DNA of 64,000 nucleotides. Origin: Micavibrio sp. Lineage in GTDB: Bacteria > Pseudomonadota > Alphaproteobacteria > UBA2400. Shown here piece after piece: positions 9,077-18,213 of this stretch. The notes beneath the pieces are model-generated. The model was not told the origin of the DNA and searched no databases. It saw nothing but the letters and a program-made list of their open reading frames with translations. Location: NCBI GenBank assembly GCA_040376705.1, contig JBEIQE010000005.1:64156-128155 (forward strand), in the 5' to 3' direction. Every line of letters starts with the position of its first letter. Positions within the stretch are counted from its first letter, which is position 1. The position numbers and the translations under genes are program-made.

Positions 9077-10516
9077 ATGGTTCAGACGATTCAGCCGGTC
9101 ATCCTTTCCGGTGGGGCAGGTACCCGCCTTTGGCCCCTCTCGCGGGAACTTTACCCCAAGCAGCTGCTTAAGCTGGTATCGGGCCAGACCCTGATTCAGG
9201 AAACTGCGCTCCGCACCTCCGACCCCGCCCTGTTCGCGGCGCCGCTGGTTGTGTGTAATGCCGAACACCGATTCGTTATTGATGACCAGCTGCAGGAAGT
9301 AGGCATCAAACCCGCCGGCCTGCTGATCGAACCCATCGCCCGCAATACCGCCGCTGCCATTGCTGCAGTGGCTGTTTATGCCCGCAACCAGAACCCTGAG
9401 CAGCTCTTGCTCATCATGCCGTCCGATCACATGATCAAGGACAGCAAAGCCTTCCTCGCCGCCATAGCTGCTGCCAAGCCCTTGGCTGAAGCTGGCCGCA
9501 TCGTGACCTTCGGGATTACACCCGACCGGCCCGACACTGGCTATGGTTATATCCGCTCGGGCGATAAGCTTGAGGGTACTGCTGGATTTGCCATCAGCTC
9601 GTTTGTCGAGAAGCCGGATCTGGCCACTGCCCAAGGCTACCTCGCGCAAGGTGGTTACCTCTGGAACGGCGGCATCTTCTGCGCGCGGGCGGATAAACTG
9701 ATTGCCGAGTTCGAGCGCTTCTCACCCAAGGTGCTTGAAGCTGCCGAAGCTGCAGTGGATCAAGCCACGCAAGACCTTGGCTTCACCCGCCTGGCGGATG
9801 CGCCCTTCCGTAACTCGCCCTCCCAGCCGTTTGACAAAGCGGTGATGGAGCAGACCAGCTTTGGCGCAGTGGTGCCGGTCAGCATGGGTTGGTCCGACAT
9901 CGGCACCTGGCTCTCGCTCTGGCATGCCAGCCCGCAGGATGAAAACAATAATGCGCTGATTGGCAATGTGCGTAGTGAAGACAGCTCGGGCTGCTATGTG
10001 CGCAGCGAAAAGCTACTCACCACCGTTATTGGTGCGCGCGATATGGTGGTGGTAGTAACCGATGATGCCGTGCTGGTGGCCCCGCGCGACCGCGCAGCCG
10101 AAGTTGGCAAGCTGGTTGATAAGATGAAGAAGGATGGCCTCAGCCAAACCCGCGTGCATAACGTGGTGTATCGCCCCTGGGGCCATTACGAAATGCTCTC
10201 GGCTGATACGCGTTTTCAGGTCAAGCGCATTACGGTGAAGCCCAACGGTCGCCTCTCGCTGCAAAAGCATATGCATCGTGCGGAGCACTGGACCGTGGTA
10301 GCCGGGACTGCGCAGGTAACCATCAACGATAAGGTATCGCTACTGGGCGAGAACGAGTCAGTCTACGTACCATTAGGTGCTGTGCATCGCCTTGAGAACC
10401 TCGGCAAGCTACCCGTAGTGCTTATCGAAGTACAAAGCGGCGCCTACTTGGGCGAAGATGACATCGTGCGCCTTGAAGATGCGTATGCGCGCGAGGCGTT
10501 GCCGAAGGCGGTTTAA
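9077..10516 (+). CDS. manC: bifunctional mannose-1-phosphate guanylyltransferase / mannose-6-phosphate isomerase (type II PMI, C-terminal cupin)
   Basis: N-terminal VILSGGAGTRLWPLSRELYPKQLL nucleotidyl-transferase motif. 479 aa with C-terminal cupin (..HRAEHWTVVAGTAQVTINDK..). Typical ManC/XanB/AlgA architecture. Confidence 0.9.
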   Translation: MVQTIQPVILSGGAGTRLWPLSRELYPKQLLKLVSGQTLIQETALRTSDPALFAAPLVVCNAEHRFVIDDQLQEVGIKPAGLLIEPIARNTAAAIAAVAVYARNQNPEQLLLIMPSDHMIKDSKAFLAAIAAAKPLAEAGRIVTFGITPDRPDTGYGYIRSGDKLEGTAGFAISSFVEKPDLATAQGYLAQGGYLWNGGIFCARADKLIAEFERFSPKVLEAAEAAVDQATQDLGFTRLADAPFRNSPSQPFDKAVMEQTSFGAVVPVSMGWSDIGTWLSLWHASPQDENNNALIGNVRSEDSSGCYVRSEKLLTTVIGARDMVVVVTDDAVLVAPRDRAAEVGKLVDKMKKDGLSQTRVHNVVYRPWGHYEMLSADTRFQVKRITVKPNGRLSLQKHMHRAEHWTVVAGTAQVTINDKVSLLGENESVYVPLGAVHRLENLGKLPVVLIEVQSGAYLGEDDIVRLEDAYAREALPKAV

Positions 10517-10607
10517 GCATGATTATTTTCATTCCAGCTTGCGCTGAAGTGACAATTTCAGTGTTTAAAAATTCGCAGTTACGATTGAGCGATGCAATAT
10601 AAGTTTC

Positions 10608-10847
10608 TCAGGTCCACTCACCATTCGGGTCGGCCCATAAAAGAATATCGCGATAGTCTTTGGCTGCCTGCTGCACAAAGTGTTCTACTTTAGAAATGTC
10701 ATGATCGCTCAAAACCACTATGCACATTTGTATGCGGTGTGCCTCTTCACCCTTATAGGTGTTCAGAACCTGCATAACCTCTTGCACCTTATTCGCTGGA
10801 AAAGCAGCTGTTACAGCAGCCTCTATATCCTCTGACGTAACTGGCAT
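10608..10847 (-). CDS. small hypothetical protein (79 aa), AT-rich, last gene of the gshB operon
   Basis: Intact ORF 8 bp downstream of gshB on the same strand. Visibly lower GC than neighbours. No recognisable motif. Confidence 0.4.
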   Translation of the reverse strand: MPVTSEDIEAAVTAAFPANKVQEVMQVLNTYKGEEAHRIQMCIVVLSDHDISKVEHFVQQAAKDYRDILLWADPNGEWT

Positions 10848-10855
10848 ACCGCCTC

Positions 10856-11800
10856 CTAACGCCTCAAGCGCTTCTCAACCGCATTCCAGACGAGTGCCTC
10901 AATCTGCACATCGTCAAGCTTGTTAGCCTGCGCGATGCCGGTGGGCGAAGTCACGTTAATCTCGGTGAGATAGCCACCAATCACATCAATACCCACAAAC
11001 AGCAGGCCCATATCACGCAGCACAGGGCCGATGGTGGCGATGATTTCGCGCTCACGCTCGGTGAGTATAACCTTCTCGAGGGTTGAGCCGGTACGCATGG
11101 CGGCGCGTGCTTCGCCTTCAGCGGGCACACGCGCAAAACCGCCTACGTATTCGCCTTCAACCAATATGAGGCGGCGGTCGCCTTGGCGTACCTCAGGCAG
11201 GTAGCGCTGCACAATCAATGGCTCAATCGTGGCTGCCATCAATGTTTCAAATGCCGAACCAAAGTTCTCATCGTCCGGCTTAATATGAAATACGCCGTGG
11301 CCCGCATGGCCGTTGATGGGTTTAATAATGATATCCGCGTGCGCATCGCGGAAGGCATTTACAGCCCCGCGATCACGCGTGATGAGCGTGGGGGGAATGA
11401 AATCAGGAAAACGCAGCACCAGCATTTTCTCGGGCGCATCGCGGATGCTGCGCGGGTTGTTGAGCACCAGCACCTGATCTGCAATCAACTCGAGCAGATG
11501 CAGCGAGGCGATATAGGCTACATCAAACGGGGGGTCCTGCCGCACCCAGATTACATCCATCCCGCCCAGATCAATTGTCTCGCGCGGGCCGACGACATGG
11601 CTTTTCTCCGGCGGGTTGAGGCCTGTTACTTTATAGGCGGGAGCACTGAGCACGCCCGGCTGCCAGCTCAGGTCTTTCGCTTCATAGAAATAAACATCGG
11701 CCCCGCGGCGGCCAGCTTCGGCAGCAATGCGAATGGAAGAGTCGGAAGCAAAATTGGCGCTGGCAAGCGGGTCCATTTGTATGGCCACCTGCAGCGCCAT
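10856..11800 (-). CDS. gshB: glutathione synthetase (prokaryotic ATP-grasp type)
   Basis: 314 aa. N-terminal MALQVAIQMDPL... and ATP-grasp core (..IIKPINGHAGHGVF.., ..LTEINVTSPTG..) typical of GshB. Confidence 0.9.
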   Translation of the reverse strand: MALQVAIQMDPLASANFASDSSIRIAAEAGRRGADVYFYEAKDLSWQPGVLSAPAYKVTGLNPPEKSHVVGPRETIDLGGMDVIWVRQDPPFDVAYIASLHLLELIADQVLVLNNPRSIRDAPEKMLVLRFPDFIPPTLITRDRGAVNAFRDAHADIIIKPINGHAGHGVFHIKPDDENFGSAFETLMAATIEPLIVQRYLPEVRQGDRRLILVEGEYVGGFARVPAEGEARAAMRTGSTLEKVILTEREREIIATIGPVLRDMGLLFVGIDVIGGYLTEINVTSPTGIAQANKLDDVQIEALVWNAVEKRLRR

Positions 11801-11803
11801 CGC

Positions 11804-12670
11804 TTAGGCACCTGTGCTTGCGGTAAGCGCGCGCAACTGGTCAATCAGCGAGGCGGTCTGCCCGCGCATCGGATCATCGCCTGACAATGTCAGGTAGTTC
11901 TCGAGCGCAATAATCGCGCGGTGCTCTTCGCCAAGACGGGCCAGCGTGAGGCCGAATTCGCGCCACCAGATGGCGCGCTCGGGCGTGAGCAGCAGCATCG
12001 CTTCCATGATTTCGGCCGCAGCCTCATCCATACCGGCGCGCACATAACGCATCTTCAGGTTATTCTGCAGACGCAGCAGCACGTCTTTATTGCCAATCGG
12101 CAGGTAATACTCGGGCAGCAATTCGGCTTCTGGGCCCAGCTTGGCTTTAACCAGCTCGCGCATGCGCGGCACGGCCACGATATCGCCGCGCTCGAACGGA
12201 TCGATAATCAGACGGCGGCCATTGAACTCAAGACGCACCAGAAAATGTTCAGGGAAGTTAAGTCCAACTGCTGACCAGCCATTGGCGCGCGCGGCAGCGA
12301 GGTAAATAATACCAAGCGCAACCGGCAAGCCGCGGCGGCGGTCTACCACCTTCATGAGGTTGGCGTTATCCGGTGAATCATACGTGGCTTCATCGCCCTC
12401 ATAGCCATGGCGAATGGCGATCACTTCACGCAAAATTGCAGCTATCTGCTCGACCCGCACCGGCTTGACGCTTTGCGTCATCTGCGCAACTTCGGCCCCC
12501 AAGCGGTCAAGATGCTCGCGGTAAGCAAATGTATCGCGGCGCGGCAAACGGAGTGAAGCAAAAGCCAGGGCCACCGCTCCCAGATCGATCAGATCGTCCG
12601 GCACTTCAGACCATGCGCGCAATTCTTCCTGCGCCTGATTCTTGGTGGGGATGCTGACCAGCACGGTCAT
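11804..12670 (-). CDS. transglutaminase-like/TPR protein of the SirB1 (UPF0162) family
   Basis: 288 aa. Central RRRGLPVALGIIYLAAARANGW..GLNFPEHFLVRLE matches transglutaminase-like cysteine-protease-like core of SirB1/YchA proteins. C-terminal TPR-like helices. 4-bp overlap with upstream BON gene. Confidence 0.6.
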   Translation of the reverse strand: MTVLVSIPTKNQAQEELRAWSEVPDDLIDLGAVALAFASLRLPRRDTFAYREHLDRLGAEVAQMTQSVKPVRVEQIAAILREVIAIRHGYEGDEATYDSPDNANLMKVVDRRRGLPVALGIIYLAAARANGWSAVGLNFPEHFLVRLEFNGRRLIIDPFERGDIVAVPRMRELVKAKLGPEAELLPEYYLPIGNKDVLLRLQNNLKMRYVRAGMDEAAAEIMEAMLLLTPERAIWWREFGLTLARLGEEHRAIIALENYLTLSGDDPMRGQTASLIDQLRALTASTGA

Positions 12671-13251
12671 TGGGTGTTCTCCGTTACGTCGATAAAGGCC
12701 TCGACCGATTTAACACCGGGGAAATACCGGGCCAGATACATGACCCGCTGCCTCTCCCGCGTACTCTCGGCCTCACCTATGACGTAAACTGTACCATCAT
12801 TTGTTTCAACATCATAGTTGAGAGCCTTCACATCGCGATCGAAGGTATAGACACCCTCGAGTCGCAGCGAGATTGACTCATCGGCAAGCCGTGTCCCCAG
12901 GCTGCGGTCGGGCCCGATTGTGAGTCTATTCACGGGGTTAACCGCTCCAGCCTTGATGGCCAGTTCTTCAGCTAATGTTTTAAGTTCCTGCGAGGGCACC
13001 CGCCCGATGATAACGACTCGGCCTTTGCTGATCATCAGCGAAGCGCGTTCATAGAGCTGAATGGAATGATGGAACCACGATTCGTTGATGGCGAGGCGTA
13101 ACTGGTAATCGGTTAGTGCACCAGAAAGGCCGCGCTCCTGCATACTGGCGGTGCCGGCAGCACCACCTGCGCCCAACAGAAAATCACGCGGCGTGCAGGC
13201 GGTTAACAGCAATAGAAAGGCTATCAGCCCGGCTTGAGCGCGATCTGGCAT
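12667..13251 (-). CDS. BON-domain lipoprotein (OsmY/DolP(YraP)-like), two BON repeats
   Basis: Signal peptide with lipobox LLTAC. Two ~70-aa BON-like segments (..LKTLAEELAIKAGAVNPVNRLTI.. and ..VYVIGEAESTRERQRVMYLARYFPGVKSVEAFIDV..). Confidence 0.7.
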   Translation of the reverse strand: MPDRAQAGLIAFLLLLTACTPRDFLLGAGGAAGTASMQERGLSGALTDYQLRLAINESWFHHSIQLYERASLMISKGRVVIIGRVPSQELKTLAEELAIKAGAVNPVNRLTIGPDRSLGTRLADESISLRLEGVYTFDRDVKALNYDVETNDGTVYVIGEAESTRERQRVMYLARYFPGVKSVEAFIDVTENTQ

Positions 13252-14135
13252 GTATCTCCATCCCGCACAGTGGCTTGCAGTGTCACATTATGGCCATTCC
13301 AGCTCACGCGCTTGCTCGAGCCGGTGGCAATACGCTGACTAACCATGCCGTTACCGCCCACAATACAATAACGCCCGCTGTTACGGCGGCTAATCGCAAT
13401 CAGGCGAATGTGATAACCACTTACATCGCGTTCGTCGCCTACATCGAGCGTCACAGTCTGGGCGCCAGCCAGTGCAGTGGTTGGCCCGCTAATGGTACCC
13501 AGGGCACCGGTGCCAATCGTCTCAACTGTAGGCACCGTACCGGTGGGGCGCGGCGGGCTGCGGCGCGGCTTGGGCGGCCAGTTTTGCGGCCATACGAACG
13601 GTGTGGGCGATACCACATTAGGCGGCGCGATAGTGGTGCTGGCGGGGCTGGGGGCAGCACTGGTATTGGGCGGTGTAGGCTCAGTTGGCGGGGTAATGCC
13701 CGTATCATCGGGCGCAAGATCAGCAGGAGGCATAACACTGGCTGGGGCCACGGGCTGATCTACCGCACGGCCCGGAGGCGGCTTGGGCAGGGGCGGACCA
13801 TCGCCTGCAGGAGCCTGTTGCGCAGCTGATTCAGTCGCGCGGCGCAAACGCTCGAGCGAGGAATTGCAGTTCGAGAGGCGGCTCTCAAGCTCTTCGCGCT
13901 GGCCATTCTGCAAACCCCGCGCAGGCGGGCAAACCGGCTGCCGCGCCTGCAGCGCGGCAACTTCGGCTTTAAGCTGCACAATCTCGCGCACATGCGGGCG
14001 CTCGACAAAAAAGTAAAATGCAAATGCACCGATACAGATGCCGATAACTAGGCTCGAAACAAATACCTTCAGCTCGCGCGATGAATCTTCATCGGCATAG
14101 ACAGAGTAGTTCGGTCGGCGGTGTTTACGGGCCAT
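13224..14135 (-). CDS. membrane-anchored proline-rich hypothetical protein
   Basis: N-terminal basic segment + TM helix (LVIGICIGAFAFYFFV), coiled-coil-like stretch, long Pro/Thr/Ala-rich linker, C-terminal ~90-aa domain. Several overlapping ORFs on both strands are GC artefacts. 28-bp overlap with BON gene suggests the start may be an internal codon. Confidence 0.5.
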   Translation of the reverse strand: MARKHRRPNYSVYADEDSSRELKVFVSSLVIGICIGAFAFYFFVERPHVREIVQLKAEVAALQARQPVCPPARGLQNGQREELESRLSNCNSSLERLRRATESAAQQAPAGDGPPLPKPPPGRAVDQPVAPASVMPPADLAPDDTGITPPTEPTPPNTSAAPSPASTTIAPPNVVSPTPFVWPQNWPPKPRRSPPRPTGTVPTVETIGTGALGTISGPTTALAGAQTVTLDVGDERDVSGYHIRLIAISRRNSGRYCIVGGNGMVSQRIATGSSKRVSWNGHNVTLQATVRDGDTCQIALKPG

Positions 14136-14475
14136 CGTTCCACACGTTTACTACATGGCGCGGCCAACCCCAACGGTTAACCAGCAACGCATCGAATCGC
14201 ACACTATGGTTGCTTAACTCGGGCCGTTGCGCCAGCACAAAGCGCGCAGCATTGACTAATCTGTGCTGCTGGCGCGGCGAAATAGCCCCTGCTGCATTAT
14301 CAAATGTAAAACGCTGTTTTACTTCAACCACAGCCACGGTACTGCCGCGCTTGGCCAGAATGTCAATCTCGCCACCGGGGGTTTTAAGGCGGCGCGCTAA
14401 AATGCGGTAGCCTTTGAGCTGCAGCAGCCATGCCGCCACTCTCTCGGCTGACAGGCCTGCCGCATGATTGCTCAT
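14125..14475 (-). CDS. yraN: YraN-family (UPF0102) predicted endonuclease
   Basis: 116 aa; ..RGYRILARRLKTPGGEIDILAKRGSTVAVVEVKQR.. is the characteristic UPF0102 core. Overlaps rsmI stop by 4 bp. Confidence 0.8.
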   Translation of the reverse strand: MSNHAAGLSAERVAAWLLQLKGYRILARRLKTPGGEIDILAKRGSTVAVVEVKQRFTFDNAAGAISPRQQHRLVNAARFVLAQRPELSNHSVRFDALLVNRWGWPRHVVNVWNDGP

Positions 14476-15365
14476 GCCTTGCCCTGCTCCAGCGCTACCG
14501 CGCGCGCATAAACCTCGCGCTTGGGCAAACCTGTGCGCGCTGTAACCACCGCTACGGCGTCTTTCAGGCTGCCCAGCTTCAGCTCGGCCTTCAGCAATCC
14601 ATCAAGGTCATGCTCTTCATCCTGTGGCAGCGGAGGCGCGATCACCAAAACCACTTCGCCACGCACATCCTTGCCCTCATATCTGGCGGCCAGCTCTTCA
14701 AGCGGCGCGCGCACAACTTCTTCATGCAGTTTGGTGATCTCGCGCACCAAAGCAGCCTCGCGATTACCCAGCACCTTATACATATCGGCCAATGTCTCAG
14801 ACACGCGGTTGGGGCTTTCGTAGAAAATCAGCGTGGCAGGCACGTTGGCGAGGGCCGAGAGCTCGCTGCGGCGCGCACCGGTCTTAACAGGTAAAAAACC
14901 TATAAAGCAGAAGCGTTCACTGGCGATGCCGCTAATAGATAAGGCAGAGAGTGCCGCATTTGCACCCGGCACGACGGTAACTTTAAAGCCGGCCATTTGC
15001 ACAGCTTTAACTAAAGGTGCGCCGGGATCAGAGATTAAGGGCATACCTGCATCACTGATCATGGCCACCACACCGCCAGCCGCAATAGTGGCCAATATCT
15101 CAGGCAAACGCTCCATCTGGTTATGCTCATGGCAGCTCACCAGCTTGGTGTTGATGCCGTAATGCTCGGTCAGCTTGCGCGAGACGCGCGTGTCTTCACA
15201 CAAAATAATTGCTGCTTCCTGCAGCGTCTCGATGGCACGCAGGGTCATGTCGCCCAAGTTGCCAATAGGTGTCGCTACCAGATAAAACCCGCGTGTGAGT
15301 TTACAGCTGAGCTTGGGGCCGCTAGTTTGGGGAGGATTTTCTTCAGGAGACAGCTGTGCGCACAT
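14472..15365 (-). CDS. rsmI: 16S rRNA (cytidine1402-2'-O)-methyltransferase
   Basis: FYLVATPIGNLGDMTLRAIETLQEAAIILCEDTR..ISDAGMPLISDPG tetrapyrrole-methylase fold typical of RsmI. Annotated ATG at 15365 overlaps divergent lpoA-like start by 10 bp, so the true start may be internal. Confidence 0.88.
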   Translation of the reverse strand: MCAQLSPEENPPQTSGPKLSCKLTRGFYLVATPIGNLGDMTLRAIETLQEAAIILCEDTRVSRKLTEHYGINTKLVSCHEHNQMERLPEILATIAAGGVVAMISDAGMPLISDPGAPLVKAVQMAGFKVTVVPGANAALSALSISGIASERFCFIGFLPVKTGARRSELSALANVPATLIFYESPNRVSETLADMYKVLGNREAALVREITKLHEEVVRAPLEELAARYEGKDVRGEVVLVIAPPLPQDEEHDLDGLLKAELKLGSLKDAVAVVTARTGLPKREVYARAVALEQGKA

Positions 15366-16546
15366 TCCCCCTTCTTACCACTGTTCTGCTCTCTGTCAGC
15401 CTCCCAGCTTTGCTTTCTGGCTGCGCCCCTACCGTTAATTCGCAAAGCCGTGGCGAAGCGACCAGCAGCTATACCGCGCCAGCGCCGGTAGAAGCCGTGC
15501 GCCCCGCCGCCGAAGCCACCACCAAAGTTGCCATATTGCTGCCGCTTTCGGGCCCGCAAGCCAATATCGGCCAAAGCCTGCTCAATGCAGCCCAGCTGGC
15601 AGTTTACGATGTAGGCGGCGAGAAATTTGCCCTGCTGCCACAAGATACCCAAGGCACTCCTGAAGGCGCGAGTGCTGCCGCCCAACGTGCACTGGCCGAT
15701 GGTGCACAGCTGTTTATTGGCCCCGTCTTCGCGCCCGAGGTTGAGGCTGTGCGCGCCTTGGCCCACCAGCGCAACATCCCCATTCTGGCCCTTAGCAATA
15801 ACGAGAACCTGACTGATACGTTCACTTATGTCATGGGCCTCTCGCCGCTCGATCAGGTGGGCCGCGCCCTGCAACACGCCAAGCGTCAGGGTATTAGTCG
15901 CGTCGCTGCCCTGCTGCCCAATAACCCGTACGGACAAGCAGTGAGCGAAGCCATAAGCGAAGAGGCCGAACTGCAGGGCCTGCAGCTGGTCAAGCTCGCG
16001 CGCTATAGCGCAACGGATAACCTCACGGTCACAGCGCAAACCTTCATGACCGAGTTGAACGCCGCAGGCGGCGCGCAGGCGCTGATGTTTGGCGAGAATG
16101 GCGCCGGCCTGCTCAATATTGCCGGTCAGCTGGCGGCGAATGGTTATAACCCTGCCATCACGCGTCCGCTTGGCACAGCCCTGTGGGAAGATGGCAGCGC
16201 CACCCGCAGTACAGCGCTGGTTGGTGGCTGGTATGCCGCGCCCGCGGGCACCCAGCGCCGTGCGTTCAACGCCCGTTATGCGCAAACCTTTGGTGGCAAC
16301 CCGCCCGCCATTGCACCGCTGGCTTATGATTCAACCGCACTGGCCGCTGTGCTCTCGCGCAGTGATGCCCGCTTTACCGAGCAGCGCATGACTGACCCCA
16401 TGGGCTTTAATGGTGTAGATGGCATCTTCCGTCTGCACCCGAGCGGCAATGTTGAGCGCGGCTTGGCCGTGTTTGAAGTTGGCCCTGCAGGCAACCAGCT
16501 GATTGATGCTGCACCGCTGACCTTTGCCACAGCGCAGACCAACTAA
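15356..16546 (+). CDS. lpoA: LpoA-like penicillin-binding-protein activator / type-I periplasmic-binding-fold lipoprotein
   Basis: Lipoprotein signal (..ALLSGC). Peripla_BP_6-like body (..VAILLPLSGPQANIGQSLLNAAQLAV.., ..RVAALLPNNPYGQAVSEA..). Divergent to rsmI exactly as E. coli lpoA(yraM)/rsmI. GTG start in track. Confidence 0.65.
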   Translation: MRTFPLLTTVLLSVSLPALLSGCAPTVNSQSRGEATSSYTAPAPVEAVRPAAEATTKVAILLPLSGPQANIGQSLLNAAQLAVYDVGGEKFALLPQDTQGTPEGASAAAQRALADGAQLFIGPVFAPEVEAVRALAHQRNIPILALSNNENLTDTFTYVMGLSPLDQVGRALQHAKRQGISRVAALLPNNPYGQAVSEAISEEAELQGLQLVKLARYSATDNLTVTAQTFMTELNAAGGAQALMFGENGAGLLNIAGQLAANGYNPAITRPLGTALWEDGSATRSTALVGGWYAAPAGTQRRAFNARYAQTFGGNPPAIAPLAYDSTALAAVLSRSDARFTEQRMTDPMGFNGVDGIFRLHPSGNVERGLAVFEVGPAGNQLIDAAPLTFATAQTN

Positions 16547-17532
16547 GCGCGCACAGCCTTAAGTACCCAGAACTGGCGGTTTTCGGCAATCACCTCAACC
16601 GGGCCGATGGCCTTGGCCATGGCTTCTTTATACGGCAGGAAACGGTTAGCTACCACATAGATAGCCCCGCCCTTGACCAGCTTTTCGCGCGCAGCGATAA
16701 AGAGGTTATCGACGATCTGCCGGTCAATCTTCTGCCCCGTATGGAACGGCGGGTTGGTAACAATCGCATCAAGCGGCCCCGGCACCGGCGTAAGGCCGGG
16801 CGCAATATGCACAACAACACCAGCTACACCGTTGGCTTTAAGCGTGCTTTTGGTGGCGGCATAGGCCAGTGCGTTGATGTCTGACGCACTGACATTCAGC
16901 ATCGGCTGGCGTACACGCAGCCAGGTCGCGATGATGCCGCAACCGCAACCAAAGTCATGTACGCGTGCTCCGTCCTTAAACTTGGGCAGGTTCTCGAGCA
17001 GCAACTTGGTACCGTCATCGACCTCGCCATAACTGAACACGCCGGGCAACGAGATGAGGATAAGCTCCTGACCTGCCACTTCCTGAATGAAGCGATGCTC
17101 CCATGCCTCAATCCCGCGTGGGGGGGCGCTTTCGGCCAGCTCGGCAAACCATAGTTCGGCATGACCGCCATAAGCTGCCTTCTGCACATTGGTCCAGTTA
17201 CTACCGAGCACATTCGCGGCTGAGGCAATACCAGAGCGCGCAGCACCGAACATCCACAGCCTTGTACCTACGGGGAGCTTTTCGGCCAGCATGGCCAACT
17301 GCATGCGCACTTGTTCTTTGTGGTGTGACCAACCCAACATAACGCCAGCGACATTAAGGCTGGCAGGTTTAAGCCATGGCTCTTTGAGCGTAGTGAAAAC
17401 GATGGGGGAGATATCCGGCCGCTCATGTGGCAGCTGCTGGGCAACTTCGCTCGCTTCAACAAACAGCACCTTGCCGGCAGGCAACTTGGCCACAGCCTGT
17501 GCCAGAACCCAGCGAAAATCAGCGGTACTCAT
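16543..17532 (-). CDS. rsmC: 16S rRNA m2G methyltransferase (RsmC/RlmG family)
   Basis: C-terminal class-I MTase with DFGCGCGIIATWL (motif I) and VTNPPFH (N6/N2 MTase motif IV). Two-domain 329-aa architecture. Confidence 0.75.
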   Translation of the reverse strand: MSTADFRWVLAQAVAKLPAGKVLFVEASEVAQQLPHERPDISPIVFTTLKEPWLKPASLNVAGVMLGWSHHKEQVRMQLAMLAEKLPVGTRLWMFGAARSGIASAANVLGSNWTNVQKAAYGGHAELWFAELAESAPPRGIEAWEHRFIQEVAGQELILISLPGVFSYGEVDDGTKLLLENLPKFKDGARVHDFGCGCGIIATWLRVRQPMLNVSASDINALAYAATKSTLKANGVAGVVVHIAPGLTPVPGPLDAIVTNPPFHTGQKIDRQIVDNLFIAAREKLVKGGAIYVVANRFLPYKEAMAKAIGPVEVIAENRQFWVLKAVRA

Positions 17533-17544
17533 GAAGGAGAAGCT

Positions 17545-17584
17545 CTAAAAAGAAAAATCCCTTCCCCCAGAAACAGGGGAAGGG
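17545..17584 (-). terminator. rho-independent terminator downstream of DUF4167 gene
   Basis: Perfect 9-bp stem CCCTTCCCC/GGGGAAGGG with 8-nt loop. Followed on the minus strand by a T-rich run (A-run 17547-17557 on plus strand). Confidence 0.6.
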
Positions 17585-17598
17585 AAATTAGGGTGACT

Positions 17599-18075
17599 TT
17601 AAGCTACCGCAGCTTCAGGCTGAGGCTGCTGGGTCATATCAACGGTTGTTGTTGTCGCTTGGGTGCTGGGCTGCGGCATCTGTGATGGGTCTTCCATCAT
17701 GGTGCCGTCCTGCTGGATCTCGGCCTGTTCGCCTTCCTGGGCTGAACGCTGCTGGTAGATCTCACCAGTCGCTTCCTGAATTGACAGAACGATGCGGTAA
17801 TAATGTTCGGAATGCTGCAGAAGGCTTTCGGCCTTCACACGGTCGCCCGAGGCCTGCGCATCACGCGCGAGGTTCAGGTACTTCTCGTAAACCTGCATGG
17901 CATTGCCGCGAATACGCACTTCGGGGCCATTTGAATCGTAAACCTGATGACGGCTCGGAGCGCCACCGCTAGGACGACGGCTGCCGCCACCGCTGTAGTT
18001 GCCACCACCGCCACCACCATTGTAATTGCCCTGGCTGCCTTGACCGTTGCCGCCGCGACCGCGTGTACGCCTCAT
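17599..18075 (-). CDS. DUF4167-family protein (Gly/Asn-rich N-terminus)
   Basis: ..AMQVYEKYLNLARDAQASGDRVKAESLLQHSEHYYR.. matches the conserved DUF4167 core commonly found next to prmC in alphaproteobacteria. Confidence 0.55.
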   Translation of the reverse strand: MRRTRGRGGNGQGSQGNYNGGGGGGNYSGGGSRRPSGGAPSRHQVYDSNGPEVRIRGNAMQVYEKYLNLARDAQASGDRVKAESLLQHSEHYYRIVLSIQEATGEIYQQRSAQEGEQAEIQQDGTMMEDPSQMPQPSTQATTTTVDMTQQPQPEAAVA

Positions 18076-18213
18076 GGGAGTAATCTCTCTTCTATAGTGG
18101 GTTTATCCATATTCATCTGGCCGGGGTATCTTCCCGCACGGCACTGCCTGTTTGCATTAAGTCAAACCAAGCTGATATCTGAACCTAGCGGTTTGAACGC
18201 CCCATTCCAAGCT

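Noticed and set aside
10517-10607. Possible bidirectional terminator between manC and the 79-aa ORF (CTGAA..TTCAG stem)
   Set aside because: The stem is only 5 bp, AT-rich, without a convincing U-tract. Too weak to call.
15275-16285. 336-aa minus-strand ORF opposite the lpoA-like gene, and 11183-11884 opposite gshB
   Set aside because: Antisense to genes with clear signal-peptide/domain or ATP-grasp motifs. No independent support.
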